Below the pieces are notes generated by a model. That model worked only from the letters and a program-made list of their open reading frames with translations, did no database searches and was not told the DNA's origin. DNA of 64,000 nucleotides, taken from assembly GCA_964016885.1 (NCBI GenBank), contig OZ024741.1, positions 335,978,001 to 336,042,000 on the forward strand, read 5' to 3'. The stretch's first letter is position 1; each line of letters begins with the position of its first letter. Source of the stretch: Eledone cirrhosa (taxonomy: Eukaryota). Below, piece after piece: positions 39,369 through 49,088 of this stretch. A program made the position numbers and the translations under genes.

Positions 39369-40076
39369 CAGTCCAGACTGTAAAGTGGTCATGTAGGTGT
39401 CATGACAAAAAGCACCCAGTCCAGACTGTAAAGTGGTCATGCAGGTGTCATGACAAAAAGCACCCAGTCCACACTGTAAGGTGGTCATATAGGTGTCATG
39501 GCAAAAAGCTCCCAGTCCACATTGTAAAGTGGTCATGTAGGTGTCATGACAAAAAGCACCCAGTCCACACTGTAAAAAAGGTCGTGTAGGTGACACAACA
39601 AAAAGGACCCAGTCCACACTGTAAAGTGGTCATATAGGTGTCATGGCAAAAAGCTCCCAGTCCACATTGTAGTGGTCATGTAGGTGTCATGACAAAAAGC
39701 ACCCAGTCCACACTGTAAAAAGGTCATGTAGGTGTCATGACAAAAAGCACCCAGTCCACACTGTAAAGTGGTCATGTAGGTGTCATGACAAAAAGCACCC
39801 AGTCCACACTGTAAAGTGGTCATGCAGGTGTCATGACGAAAAGCACCCAGCCCATGCCATAAAGTGGTCATGTAGGTGAGACAACAAAAAGCACTCAATA
39901 CTCACTGTAAATGAGCTTGGCACTAGGAAGGGCATCCAAATGTATAAACCAAGCCAAAATCAGTTCTGTATGAGCAAGACATAGTCAACTGACCTAACAT
40001 TGCCAACAACAGGACAACTCTCCTAACACTTGCTAGCGTGGAAAAATGGACATAAAACGGTTATGATGATGATGAT
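39369..40076 (+). mobile_element. RTE 3' UTR with its 48-bp module expanded to about 11 tandem copies
   Basis: Unit AGTCCACACTGTAAAGTGGTCATGTAGGTGTCATGACAAAAAGCACCC, followed by the normal RTE 3' end and (GAT)n tail. Confidence 0.9.
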
Positions 40077-40366
40077 ATATACGTATATAAATTTTGATGA
40101 TTTAATGTGAAAGAATAAAAAGTAATGATAAAATGAAATTATATTTTTTTAATGTAGCCCCTAGGGTGTGTGATCCTAAGCTATAGCTTATAGGTAAGTC
40201 AAGCTCTGGTACTTGTAGATCTAGAGAGCTATTAACTGTCTACCACAAGATTTCTAACATAAGGAGTAGTGAGTGCAATAAAATGAAGAATCTGGAAAGA
40301 TTTACTAGAATTAATAAAATGTTTGTAACATAACTTAGCAAAAGGTTCTCATATTTTAACCCTTTA

Positions 40367-40552
40367 GGATTGGCAGTATCGGTAGAGGGTCGGATGCCAT
40401 GCTTTGAAGCATAGAGTTACTTCCCTTTATGATCTGAGTTCAAGTCCCGCCGAGGTTAACTTTACCTTTCATCCTTACGGGGTTGATAAAATAAAGTACC
40501 AGTAATGCACTGAGATAATTGCTGGCTTTGTGCCAAAAGTAGAAACAATTAT
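40367..40552 (+). mobile_element. Nin-type SINE inserted into a TTAA MITE
   Basis: SINE consensus interrupts the MITE between TTAACCCTTTAG and the rest of the MITE body. Confidence 0.75.
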
Positions 40553-40864
40553 TCTATATATACTATTGTATTTTCACAGTAAAGGCTTTACCTCACATAT
40601 TGAATCTTTGAGATTTTGATATTATTTATTTTGAGAACAATACCTTAATGTTAGTACGAGCAGCCAGCTACGGACAGTTTGAACAGAAAAAGGTCAGAGA
40701 ATTCTGGCCAGTTTAAATGCTAAAGTGTTAATTTAACTCTTCTGTGACCATATTTATAATGAAATATACTCTCTTTCAATTAATGCAGAATGATTAATTA
40801 TTTCATTCCTAATGTAATAACTTAACATATGGTTCTTGTATAATATCATGTTGGAAAATATAAA

Positions 40865-41232
40865 TCATCATCATCATTTTACGTCCACTTTTCCCTGCTT
40901 GCAAGGGAGGGACGGGAACTGATTCTGGCTTGATTTCTACAGCTGGATGCCCTTCCTAACACCAACCTCATTTACAGTGAGTGCTGGGTGCTTTTTTGCC
41001 GTGGCGCCTACACGTCCACTTTACAGTGTGGGCTGGGTGCTTTTTTGCCGTGACACCTCCACGACTACTTTGCAGTGGAATGATAGGGACTCTAGTCCTA
41101 TCATCTCATTTCTACAGCTGAATAAACTGGAGCAATGTTAAATAAAGTGTCTTGCTCAAGCAAACAACACATCACCCAGTCTGAGAATTGAACTCACAAC
41201 CTTTCGATTGCAAGGCCAATGCTCTAACCACT
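40865..41232 (-). mobile_element. Composite: tRNA-SINE head joined to an RTE 3' UTR and tail
   Basis: 41105-41232 is the second SINE family head; 40865-41075 is RTE 3' UTR. A near-identical junction occurs on + at about 54005-54220. Confidence 0.6.
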
Positions 41233-42669
41233 AATATATATATAGGAATTGTTTTAAATGGATGGTTTTCTTTCATAGAACCAGGGATGATTTTGACATG
41301 ATTGATTTTGTTTGATAAAACCAGGGTTTGTTTTAGTTGGGTTCATAACAAAAGGGTTAAGAAACAAGTATCTTTTTTGTTATTCTTCATATGACCAATG
41401 AAAAACATTTATTTTATTCTATATTAACCCTTTAGCATTTAAACTGGCTGTATCCAGCCAGAATTCTCTCACCTCTTTCTTTTCAAACTGGCCATAACTA
41501 GCCACTCATACTGATTTTAAGGTATTGTTCTCAAAATAAAAAACATCAAAATCTCATAGATATTGTGAAATAATTGTGTGAGGTAAAACCTTTACAGTGA
41601 AAATACAATAATAAATATAGAGTAAAGGTTAAGTAATTAAAACATAGGCTGTGTTTCCTAGTCTTGTATAGTCATGGTTTCATTTCCTATTCATCCTAAC
41701 CCACAAGACAGAAAAAAAACATTTCCAATCTGGCTTGCCTCCCAAAAGCATTAACTAACCCTTCTCTGATATCTTTCAATTAATTACAATCTCCAGATTT
41801 CATATCTCTCTTCTATGGTGATATTAACTGATTTATATAGTGGCTGTTGAGTATATTTATTTACAACACTTATTCTAGGTAATTCATATTTGGCAGTTTT
41901 TCTTCCATTGTCATTTTCGTGTTATTTTGATGGATACTAACAGTTGGAAATGAAGCTTTTGAGGGTTGGCAGGGGGTAGGTGGGCTGGGATCAGAGGGTT
42001 AGAATTAAATCATTTGTGAGGACATCACTTCTGACATTTGTGGTACACATGCTTCATAGCATGACCCCATTAATCTCACACTATGACATTTCTCATAAAC
42101 CCTCAAACAGCAGGTATTTGGTTTTATTGCTGTTTGTTATTAGTGGTGGTCATGGTTGATGGGATTGTATGGCGTTGGGTTTGTTTTAAGTTGGTTTTAT
42201 TTGTGTTTGTTTATCTGTCTGTCTCAATTTCATTGATTCTCATCACATTCTGTTATTTGTTACTGTAAGCTCTCTCTCTCTCTCTGAGAGTTGGGACCTC
42301 TGTCCATTCTGACCATGAGAAATTCTTCTAATTGCTTGATCACTGTAACAGCACGCTTGTGAAATTAACGTCCAAGTGGCTGAGCATTCTACATACACGT
42401 GTCCCTTAACGTAGTCTCCAGGGAGCTTCAGCATGAAACAGTGTGTGACAAGGCTGACCTTTTGAATTATAGGTAAAACTAATTTTTTGCCAGCTGAGTC
42501 AACTGGAACAATCTGAAATAAAGTATGTTGCCCAAAGCTAGGAATTGAACTCATATGCCAGTTACCTTCACTGTAAACTCTACTATATTTTGTTCTTAAG
42601 CATGACATGAAAGATATCACATGATTGTTACTATACAGGGTGTTTCAAATAATTTGATATCAATAGCCT

Positions 42670-42982
42670 TAAAGGAAAAGAATGTTTGTCGATGAATGGA
42701 CAATACATCGTTTCTCTTTGTATGAATAAATGACTCCAGAAAGGGGGTGAACAATCAAAATTAACGATCCTTTATTAAATACATTTAATAAATTACCTAC
42801 AACCAAAACAGTGTAATATATTCTACGGTGCAGGAATAAGCGAATCCTTTCTCGTCTGTTCGTGTCCGCGGTTCGTGAGAAAGCTCCTGGTGTGTGACCG
42901 GATGTATCTTGCCCCCCGCTCTCTGAAAGATCATTAATGGGAGGCAACTGCTAGTTGCTAAGCGACCATCTCAGTCACTACA
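42670..42982 (-). repeat. 3' LTR (313 bp)
   Basis: Minus strand TGTAGTGACTGAG...TTTTCCTTTA; aligns to 45950-46293; preceded by a weak PPT-like GAGGTGAA. Confidence 0.95.
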
Positions 42983-43099
42983 TTCACCTCGGAGCAGATT
43001 TTTTGTCGAAAAATCGTTAACGATGAAGCGAAGGACCCACAAGGTAGTTAACAAAATGTAGAAGCATGTATCAACAAATTATGAAAGAGAAAAAAAAAA

Positions 43100-44180
43100 A
43101 TAGGTTCATGCCTGCAAGTTTGGTGTCTGCAACAGTCGCCTCTTCTGCTAATACTTCATCTGGAACAAAGTGGTGTTTGTATGATTTGGACCGGAAGGCG
43201 ACTCTGAAAGCAAGCGCATCCATGATTGCGCCTTCCACATGTCCTGGCTCTATGTTCTGAATGAACCGTTTGTCTTTGTCTAGACACCCTATCATACCAA
43301 AGAAAGTGTGCAAGTACGGGTTTGACCCTGCGGAAAATACACATTTGTTAATTAGTCCCAGGGACTTTTGGTAAGGGAAAATCCCTGTATCTGATGCTCC
43401 TGCGCTTAAGGATTTCAGCACTCTCATGGTCTCATTGACTCCAGCTTCATTGACCACCAAACAAACCAAATCAGTTATGGTTAGATTGAGCGTGTCTCTG
43501 AAGTGGTCAAGGACTTCTATGATATGGTCCCCCTTCTCAACAGCGATAGATCATGAGTGTTATAATTATAAAGGAAATAATCTATCGCTGCCATCACTTG
43601 GAAAACTTGATCGTTCCTGACTATATGGCTCAGGGCACCGTTGAGGAGCATGTCCTGATCGTATCTGTATGGGTGCGTCATACGATGATTATTGAAGGCC
43701 TTGATGTTTTGCTTATAATCCCCCACTTCCAGACCGGTGGCCGCATTCTCCACCTTGTAAAGAGTGACTATATACATTAGCCCGTGGTGGTGATTTTGGG
43801 TAGAGGTTGTTGCGGTTGGTTTGGGGAAGCTGGCATCTTCGGTGATGTTGAAAAAATCAGCAGGGGTAACTGACTCTTTCTGTCTGATAAAGTCATAGTT
43901 TTGGAGATCAGTATTTATGTCAAATTTAAGGTAGGACTGGCAGTATTTGATCATGAAATGTAGGACGTTTCGGGAGGATCTCCTGAGTGTTGGCTTTTGT
44001 CAAAATAAAATCATGTGCTGCTTTGACATCCCCTTCATAGAAAATGGTTATCTGTTGGGGCTGGAACAATTCAGAGCTGAAGACATCGAAGTCTTTAGTT
44101 GTTTTGCTGAGACTGAATTCCAGCTTCTCGCGACCAGATGCGGTTACCGCCCGCACAGTAGAGTTGGTAGAACTTGACAT
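43100..44180 (-). pseudogene. Endogenous rhabdovirus-like (Mononegavirales) nucleoprotein N, two frameshifts, probably 3'-truncated
   Basis: ORFs 43926-44180, 43517-43954 and 43071-43469 join into about 360 aa. NDQVFQVMAAIDYFLYNYNTHDLSLLRRGTIS, EVLDHFRDTLNLTITDLVCLVVNEAGVNETMRVL and IFPYQKSLGLINKCVFSAGSNPYLHTFFGMIG align in order with vesiculovirus N as recalled (NDSNYTKIVAAVDMFF...H...RYGTI; ATFGHLCKITGMSTEDVTTWILNREVADEMVQM; YMPYLIDFGLSSKSPYSSVKNPAFHFWG). Confidence 0.85.
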
Positions 44181-44224
44181 GATGTTTCAAAGGATTATAC
44201 AGCAAACAGTAAAAAACAATAAAT

Positions 44225-44703
44225 CCGAGTTAGTAATTCGTAACTTTCCCTGCGTCAACTGAGGGAATGAATGTAACAGGCTTTGATACTGGTTGCCCAC
44301 TTCAGCCAAGAAAAAGGAAGGGCTGTTTCAGCATCAAAAAGGCGTTGTCTGCGGATGTCTACCGACAAGGAAAAATGGTGTAGAAAATCCGCTCCCAAAA
44401 ATGGCGGATGGCAAGTCGGCGATAGTAAACTTCCACTTCAATTCACGACGCAAATTTTTTTAACCGAAGAGGAAGCGAAATTTGCCCGTACGTTCGAATG
44501 GCCGTGTGGTTGACTGCTCGTAAATTTATATTTGATTCAGATGGGGTTTTTTTGAGATAACTGACTGGCCAAATACTCAGCGACGCGCCAGTATCGACAA
44601 GGAAAAATTTTTTCGACCGCAGGTCGTATACGAAAAGATGGCGGTTCGGTCGATTTTCCCAGAGTTCACTAACCGCCCCTAGTGGCTCTGCTTTGCGTTT
44701 TCC
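44225..44703 (-). pseudogene. Retrotransposon aspartic protease (start of pol, truncated before RT)
   Basis: LFVYDLRSKKFFLVDTGASLSIWP (DTG at 44587-44595), LRAVNHTAIRTYG, WKFTIADL, ILGADFL-like motif across frameshifts; GGAAAAC candidate gag-pol slippery site near 44697-44703. Confidence 0.9.
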
Positions 44704-45484
44704 GATCTCTTGTAATTACAGGGCGTGCGACAACGTTGTGCCCTACTGCCGAAGTTAGCATGATACCAACAAAACGAGAATTATTGTTGTCTGCGTTGTA
44801 GTGCTGGCGATGAATAGAAGACAGCGGCGAACGGTACTCGTAGCGGTTTCGAGGAATAGCAGACGGAGGCGAACGGTACCTCAAACGTTGAGAAGGCTCC
44901 CTGTGTTGTACGGTCAAATCCTCCACTTTTTGGGTGAGCGCATCGATCATCTCCAACAGTTTGCTGTCGGCCACAGAAGAAGAAGCCACACAAGGATTAT
45001 GCCGACTGCTGTTAGAGTCCACCTCTAGTATTCTATCCGCGGTTGCGGCAAGTTGATCTAACGATTAGCTCTCCAAATTATTGACCAAGACCATTTGCGC
45101 ACTTGGCGGCAAACGAGAGAAAAATAGTTGTTTGAGGAATGGGGTGTCCATCCCCTGGGAGTCGCTCAACTCCCGCAGATGTCGCAAATAGGAGCTTGGC
45201 GTCCTGTCACCCATTTGCGCATCATCTAACAATTCCCGAAAACGACTTTCCGCTCACTTGGTATTCCTCCGAATAATTTCCCCTTTCAACGAGCCATAAG
45301 TAACGTCTGCGGCTAAATTGGTCACCACATCCTTCACGGAAGATGCCAACGACACAGGCAAGCCACTAACTAGTACCTTCAGTGTATGCTGTTCTTTGGT
45401 TTTGGTTAAATCAAAATAGCATTCAAGCTGCAAAAACCATAATTTGATGTCGCCTGCGAAGGACGGCAAATGATGTGGATTCAT
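44679..45484 (-). pseudogene. gag: gag of CsRn1/Kabuki-type gypsy element
   Basis: LPSFAGDIKLWFLQLECYF...RFRELLDDAQMGDRTPSSYLRHLREL...LDQLAATADRI...CWYHANFGSRAQRCRTPC (C-X2-H-X9-C-X3-C); two in-frame stops and one frameshift. Confidence 0.9.
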
Positions 45485-45930
45485 GATTGCCGAAGAATCT
45501 CCCAGGACGAACTATGTCTTTGAAGCAGCCACTCGACCAAAAGGCCACACTGGAACTCCGAAATCCGTTCACGCGAATTCAATCGAAATCAGTCGAAGAA
45601 TCCAAGATGGCCGGTTGAGAAAAGGTGAAGACGCCGTCACGTGGCACGATGTAGCCAATCAGATTGCTTGGATTGAAGGAGATACACTGTGCGCGGGAAA
45701 ACCGCACAAGGAAGAAGACACGCAGAATAGCGGGAAAATGTCGGCCATTTAAAAAATTATCATGAGGAAATGACGGTGAAAAATCCGGAAAGAAAAAAAA
45801 ATGTTTACAGTGTGAACAGCGAACAGAGTTTAGAAATCATCTAATTTTTTTTTTGGAAAAGGTTTGGATTCAAACCAAAGAAAAATAAAAAAAAATTTTT
45901 TTCTTTTTTTTTAGTATCCGCGTATTGGAA

Positions 45931-45948
45931 TCACGTCGTCGGTCACCA
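45931..45948 (-). promoter_or_regulatory. Primer-binding site complementary to the tRNA-Trp 3' end
   Basis: TGGTGACCGACGACGTGA(TTC) lies 1 nt inside the 5' LTR; the animal tRNA-Trp 3' end is ...GAATCACGTCGGGGTCACCA (near match). Confidence 0.85.
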
Positions 45949-45949
45949 A

Positions 45950-46293
45950 TAAAGGAAAAGAATGTTTGTCGATGAATGGACAATACATCGTTTCTCTTTG
46001 TATGAATAAATGACTCCAGAATGGGGGTGAACAATAAAAAATTAACGATCCTTTATTAAATACGACATTTAATAAATTACCTACAACGTCAATTTAAACA
46101 TACCTTGTGGGTTAATAAAAAAGTGTAATATATTCTCCGGTGCAGGAATAAGCGAATCCTTTCTCGTCTGTTCGTGTCCGCGGTTCATGAGAAAGCTCCT
46201 GGTGTGTGACCGGATGATCTTGAACCCCGCTCTCTGAAAGATCATTAAGGGGAGGCAACTGCTAGTTGCTAAGCGACCATCTCAGTCACTGCA
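45950..46293 (-). repeat. 5' LTR (344 bp)
   Basis: Matches the 3' LTR apart from about 8-9 substitutions, small indels and a ~30-bp extra segment near 46088-46122. Confidence 0.95.
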
Positions 46294-46336
46294 GCCTGTT
46301 CCAAGGTTGTCACATGAAAATATATATTGTCAATTA

Positions 46337-46521
46337 ATTGTTTCTACTTTTTGGCACAAGGCCAGCAAAAACTCAGTGTATTACTGGTACTTTATTTTAT
46401 CGACCCCCATAAGGATGAAAGGCAAAGTTAACCTCGGCGGGATTTGAACTCAGAATGGCAAGGGCCGTAACTCTATGCATCAAAGCATGGCGTCCGACCC
46501 TCTACCGATACTGCCAATCCA
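46337..46521 (-). mobile_element. Nin-type SINE
   Basis: Reverse complement nearly identical to 5058-5241. Confidence 0.9.
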
Positions 46522-46572
46522 TAATGTTATAATGTTGACAACTTTTGAGGAATAAATCTTATATTGCTCAAC

Positions 46573-46808
46573 ATTAACACTTTCATGATTGCATTTCTAA
46601 TGAAATACACTCTTTGTTAAATAATAAAGAATTTCGAAGGATTTACTAAAATCATTAATTATTTCATTACTAAGATAGTAACTTAATGTAAGGTTCTTAT
46701 ATAAAATTATGTTGGAAGATTTTAATTTAAATGGAAACCTTTAAAATGGATGGCTTTATTTCATATAACCAGAGCCAGTTTTGGCTGGGTTGGTAACAAA
46801 AGGGTTAA
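46573..46808. mobile_element. TTAA-flanked MITE, family 2
   Basis: TTAACACTTT...GGTAACAAAAGGGTTAA; related pieces at about 14650-14845, 15830-16185, 40732-40860 and 62185-62778. Confidence 0.65.
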
Positions 46809-47351
46809 GCCTGCTTAGTCTCGTTGCCCTAGACTTTCTAGTTTCTGGGATACTTTTATCTCAAATGATATCAAACATTTTTGAAACACCCTGAATTTTT
46901 TACTTAACATTTGTATGAATAACACCACTATTTACCTAGTTTGGTAATTTTGTCTCCTGAATCTGGTCATATTATTTTTTTAAATATTATTCTAGGACCT
47001 TGTGTTTCATTATCAATATTCAGTTTTCTTTTTATTATAATTTGTTTTTTTACAATCAAAACAGTTAAGATATCAGCATAGTTAAAGTTTTGAGCTTTAG
47101 AATTTAAAAAAGAAATGGATAGTTAAGTAATTCAAAGAATTTCACTGTATTGTTTCCTTACAGGCTTATTTTATTTTTTTTTAGCTGAATATATAATTAG
47201 GATGTACATAACAACCCTCAAAATATGCAGTCAAAGAACCCCCCCCCCCCCCCCCCAAAAAAAAAAACACTGCAGTTCTGCTAGATTAATTGTTTTTTAT
47301 CTCTTCATGTAGCTTTTATTTTTTTTTTATAGTTATTTTATTTGTGAATAG

Positions 47352-47525
47352 ATTAAACAAAGGGAATCACAGCGTGTCATGCAAATATTTCATAGTTTGT
47401 GCAAACAAAATTGTGAAAATGTTAGCATGTGGGTGGTGGTGAAGGAGTTCAGAGATGCACTGAAAAAGCCAGTTCCACCTCATGAATTTCATTCTTGCAG
47501 ATAGCCATCTCTATCCCAAATGGAA
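47352..47525 (+). CDS. Candidate host exon (174 bp, phase 0-0) with an in-frame TAG at 47502-47504
   Basis: T-rich acceptor ending TTTGTGAATAG and consensus donor GAA/GTGAGT; reads IKQRESQRVMQIFHSLCKQNCENVSMWVVVKEFRDALKKPVPPHEFHSCR*PSLSQME. Confidence 0.3.
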
Positions 47526-48222
47526 GTGAGTAGAGAAGTCGGGGTAGTGGTTTAAGTGCTGGAAGTGGTATTAGTGACAAGGGTTTAAGGAGTGGTGATA
47601 GTGGTAGTGGTTGTAAGGGGTCGTGTAGTGGTGGTGGTGGTAGTAGTAGTAGTGGTAGTGGTTAGGACTCAGGAAATGGCAGTAATAGTAAGGGCTCAGG
47701 TAGTAGTATTAGTGATAAGGGCTCAGGAAGTGGTGACAGTAGTAGCAGTAGTGGTGGTAAGGGCCCAGGATACCAAGCATTTCCACTACTAAGGGTTTAA
47801 ATGAGAGAAGAACCACCACTTTGTCTGATAGATCAATTAATGGTTTTTGATTTGGGTACAAGGGTCCAATAATTGGAGGCAGGGGTGCAAGAAGGGAAAG
47901 TTGATTAAATTGACTCTAGTGTATCACTGGTACCTTTTTATCGACTCTGTAAGGATGAAAGACAAAGCTAACCGTGGCAGGATTTGAACTCAGAATGTAA
48001 AGGGATGTAACCATATGCCCCAAAGTATTTTGCCTGGCAATCTAATGGCATTATCAATCAACCAGCCTACTATATTAATTAATAAATATAATCATATCTC
48101 GAATTTGGTGAAATTGGTTATTCTTCACATATAGTTATTATAAGCTATACAACTCTTAGATTTAGCAGGACTAAAGGTATATAACCCTTAAATTTAACAG
48201 GGCTGAAGCTATACAACCCTTA

Positions 48223-49088
48223 ACAGACTGGCAACTGAAGCTGGCTGTGGACAAGTGTACCACCATGCATTTTGGGAGGAAAAATCCAGCGTCCACATAC
48301 TCCCTCCACAACACTGATATCAAGAAATCCTGTTGTGAACGTGACCTGGGCATTACTGTCAGCAGCGATTTGCGTTGGACAAAGCACATCTCTAAAATTG
48401 TCAAGAAGGCTGAGGGTGTCTTGGCATCACTCAGCAAGACCTTTGTTAGCCGCTCTCCAGCCATCTATTTAAAGCTGTATACAGCTATGGTATGACCACA
48501 CTTGGAATTCACATCATCAGTCTGGAACCCCTATCTTGCTCAGAACATTGACCTCCTGGAAACTGTTCAGAGATGTGCAACCAAACGCATACTCTCCATC
48601 ATACACCTACCATACTTTGAACGCCCTGCTTCCCTGGGCATGGATTCATTGAAGCTCCAACGTCTGGCAATGAACTTGGTAAACACCCACAAAGTTATTA
48701 ACCATCTCCCCAACAACAACCCTGAGCACCTTTTTGATCTCCATGTGTCTAACACATGTAGACATGCCTACAAAATCAGAAAAAAGCACAGCTCCCATAA
48801 CTTTCGTAAACTTTTTTTCACGCTCAGAGTTGCTGAAGCATGGAACAAACTGCCTGCGTCAGTTGTTACCTGCCGAGACACTGCATCCTTTAAAACCCTC
48901 ATGCTTCCCGAAATACACCAAAACTACACCTGATGTACCCCTTCCATACACATACACACATGTGTATATCATGACTCATGCACTGTTCATTTTCCTGACG
49001 TTTGTACATTACCCTATGTACTATACATACACTTTTTGATGAATTGTAGTGCACCTGAGCACTGTACACAATATTTCATTATTATTAA
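48223..49088 (+). mobile_element. CR1/L2-group LINE 3' portion
   Basis: DKCTTMHFG, DLGITVSSDLRW, LEFTSSVWNPY, RVAEAWNKLP, tail ATATTTCATTATTATT. Confidence 0.9.

Larger units (their letters stand above)
42670..46293 (-). mobile_element. Non-autonomous Ty3/gypsy LTR retrotransposon (CsRn1/Kabuki-like) carrying a rhabdovirus-like N gene
   Basis: Direct LTRs at 42670-42982 and 45950-46293, GCCT TSD at 42666-42669 and 46294-46297, tRNA-Trp PBS, CHCC gag, DTG protease; no RT/RH/IN motifs. Confidence 0.93.
42636..46893. mobile_element. Tc1/mariner-type MITE interrupted by nested insertions
   Basis: Left TIR TA|CAGGGTGTTTCAAATAATTTGATATCA starts at 42636; right TIR TGATATCAAACATTTTTGAAACACCCTG ends at 46893. 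It contains the LTR element, a SINE and a TTAA MITE. Confidence 0.75.

Noticed and set aside
43071-44180. env gene of the LTR element
   Set aside because: No signal peptide, furin site or transmembrane anchor (the FFFFSFII end comes from a T-run); the motifs fit a nucleoprotein.
45483-45752. 89-aa + strand ORF in the LTR element leader
   Set aside because: Antisense to the 5' UTR of the element, GC-richer sequence, no motif.
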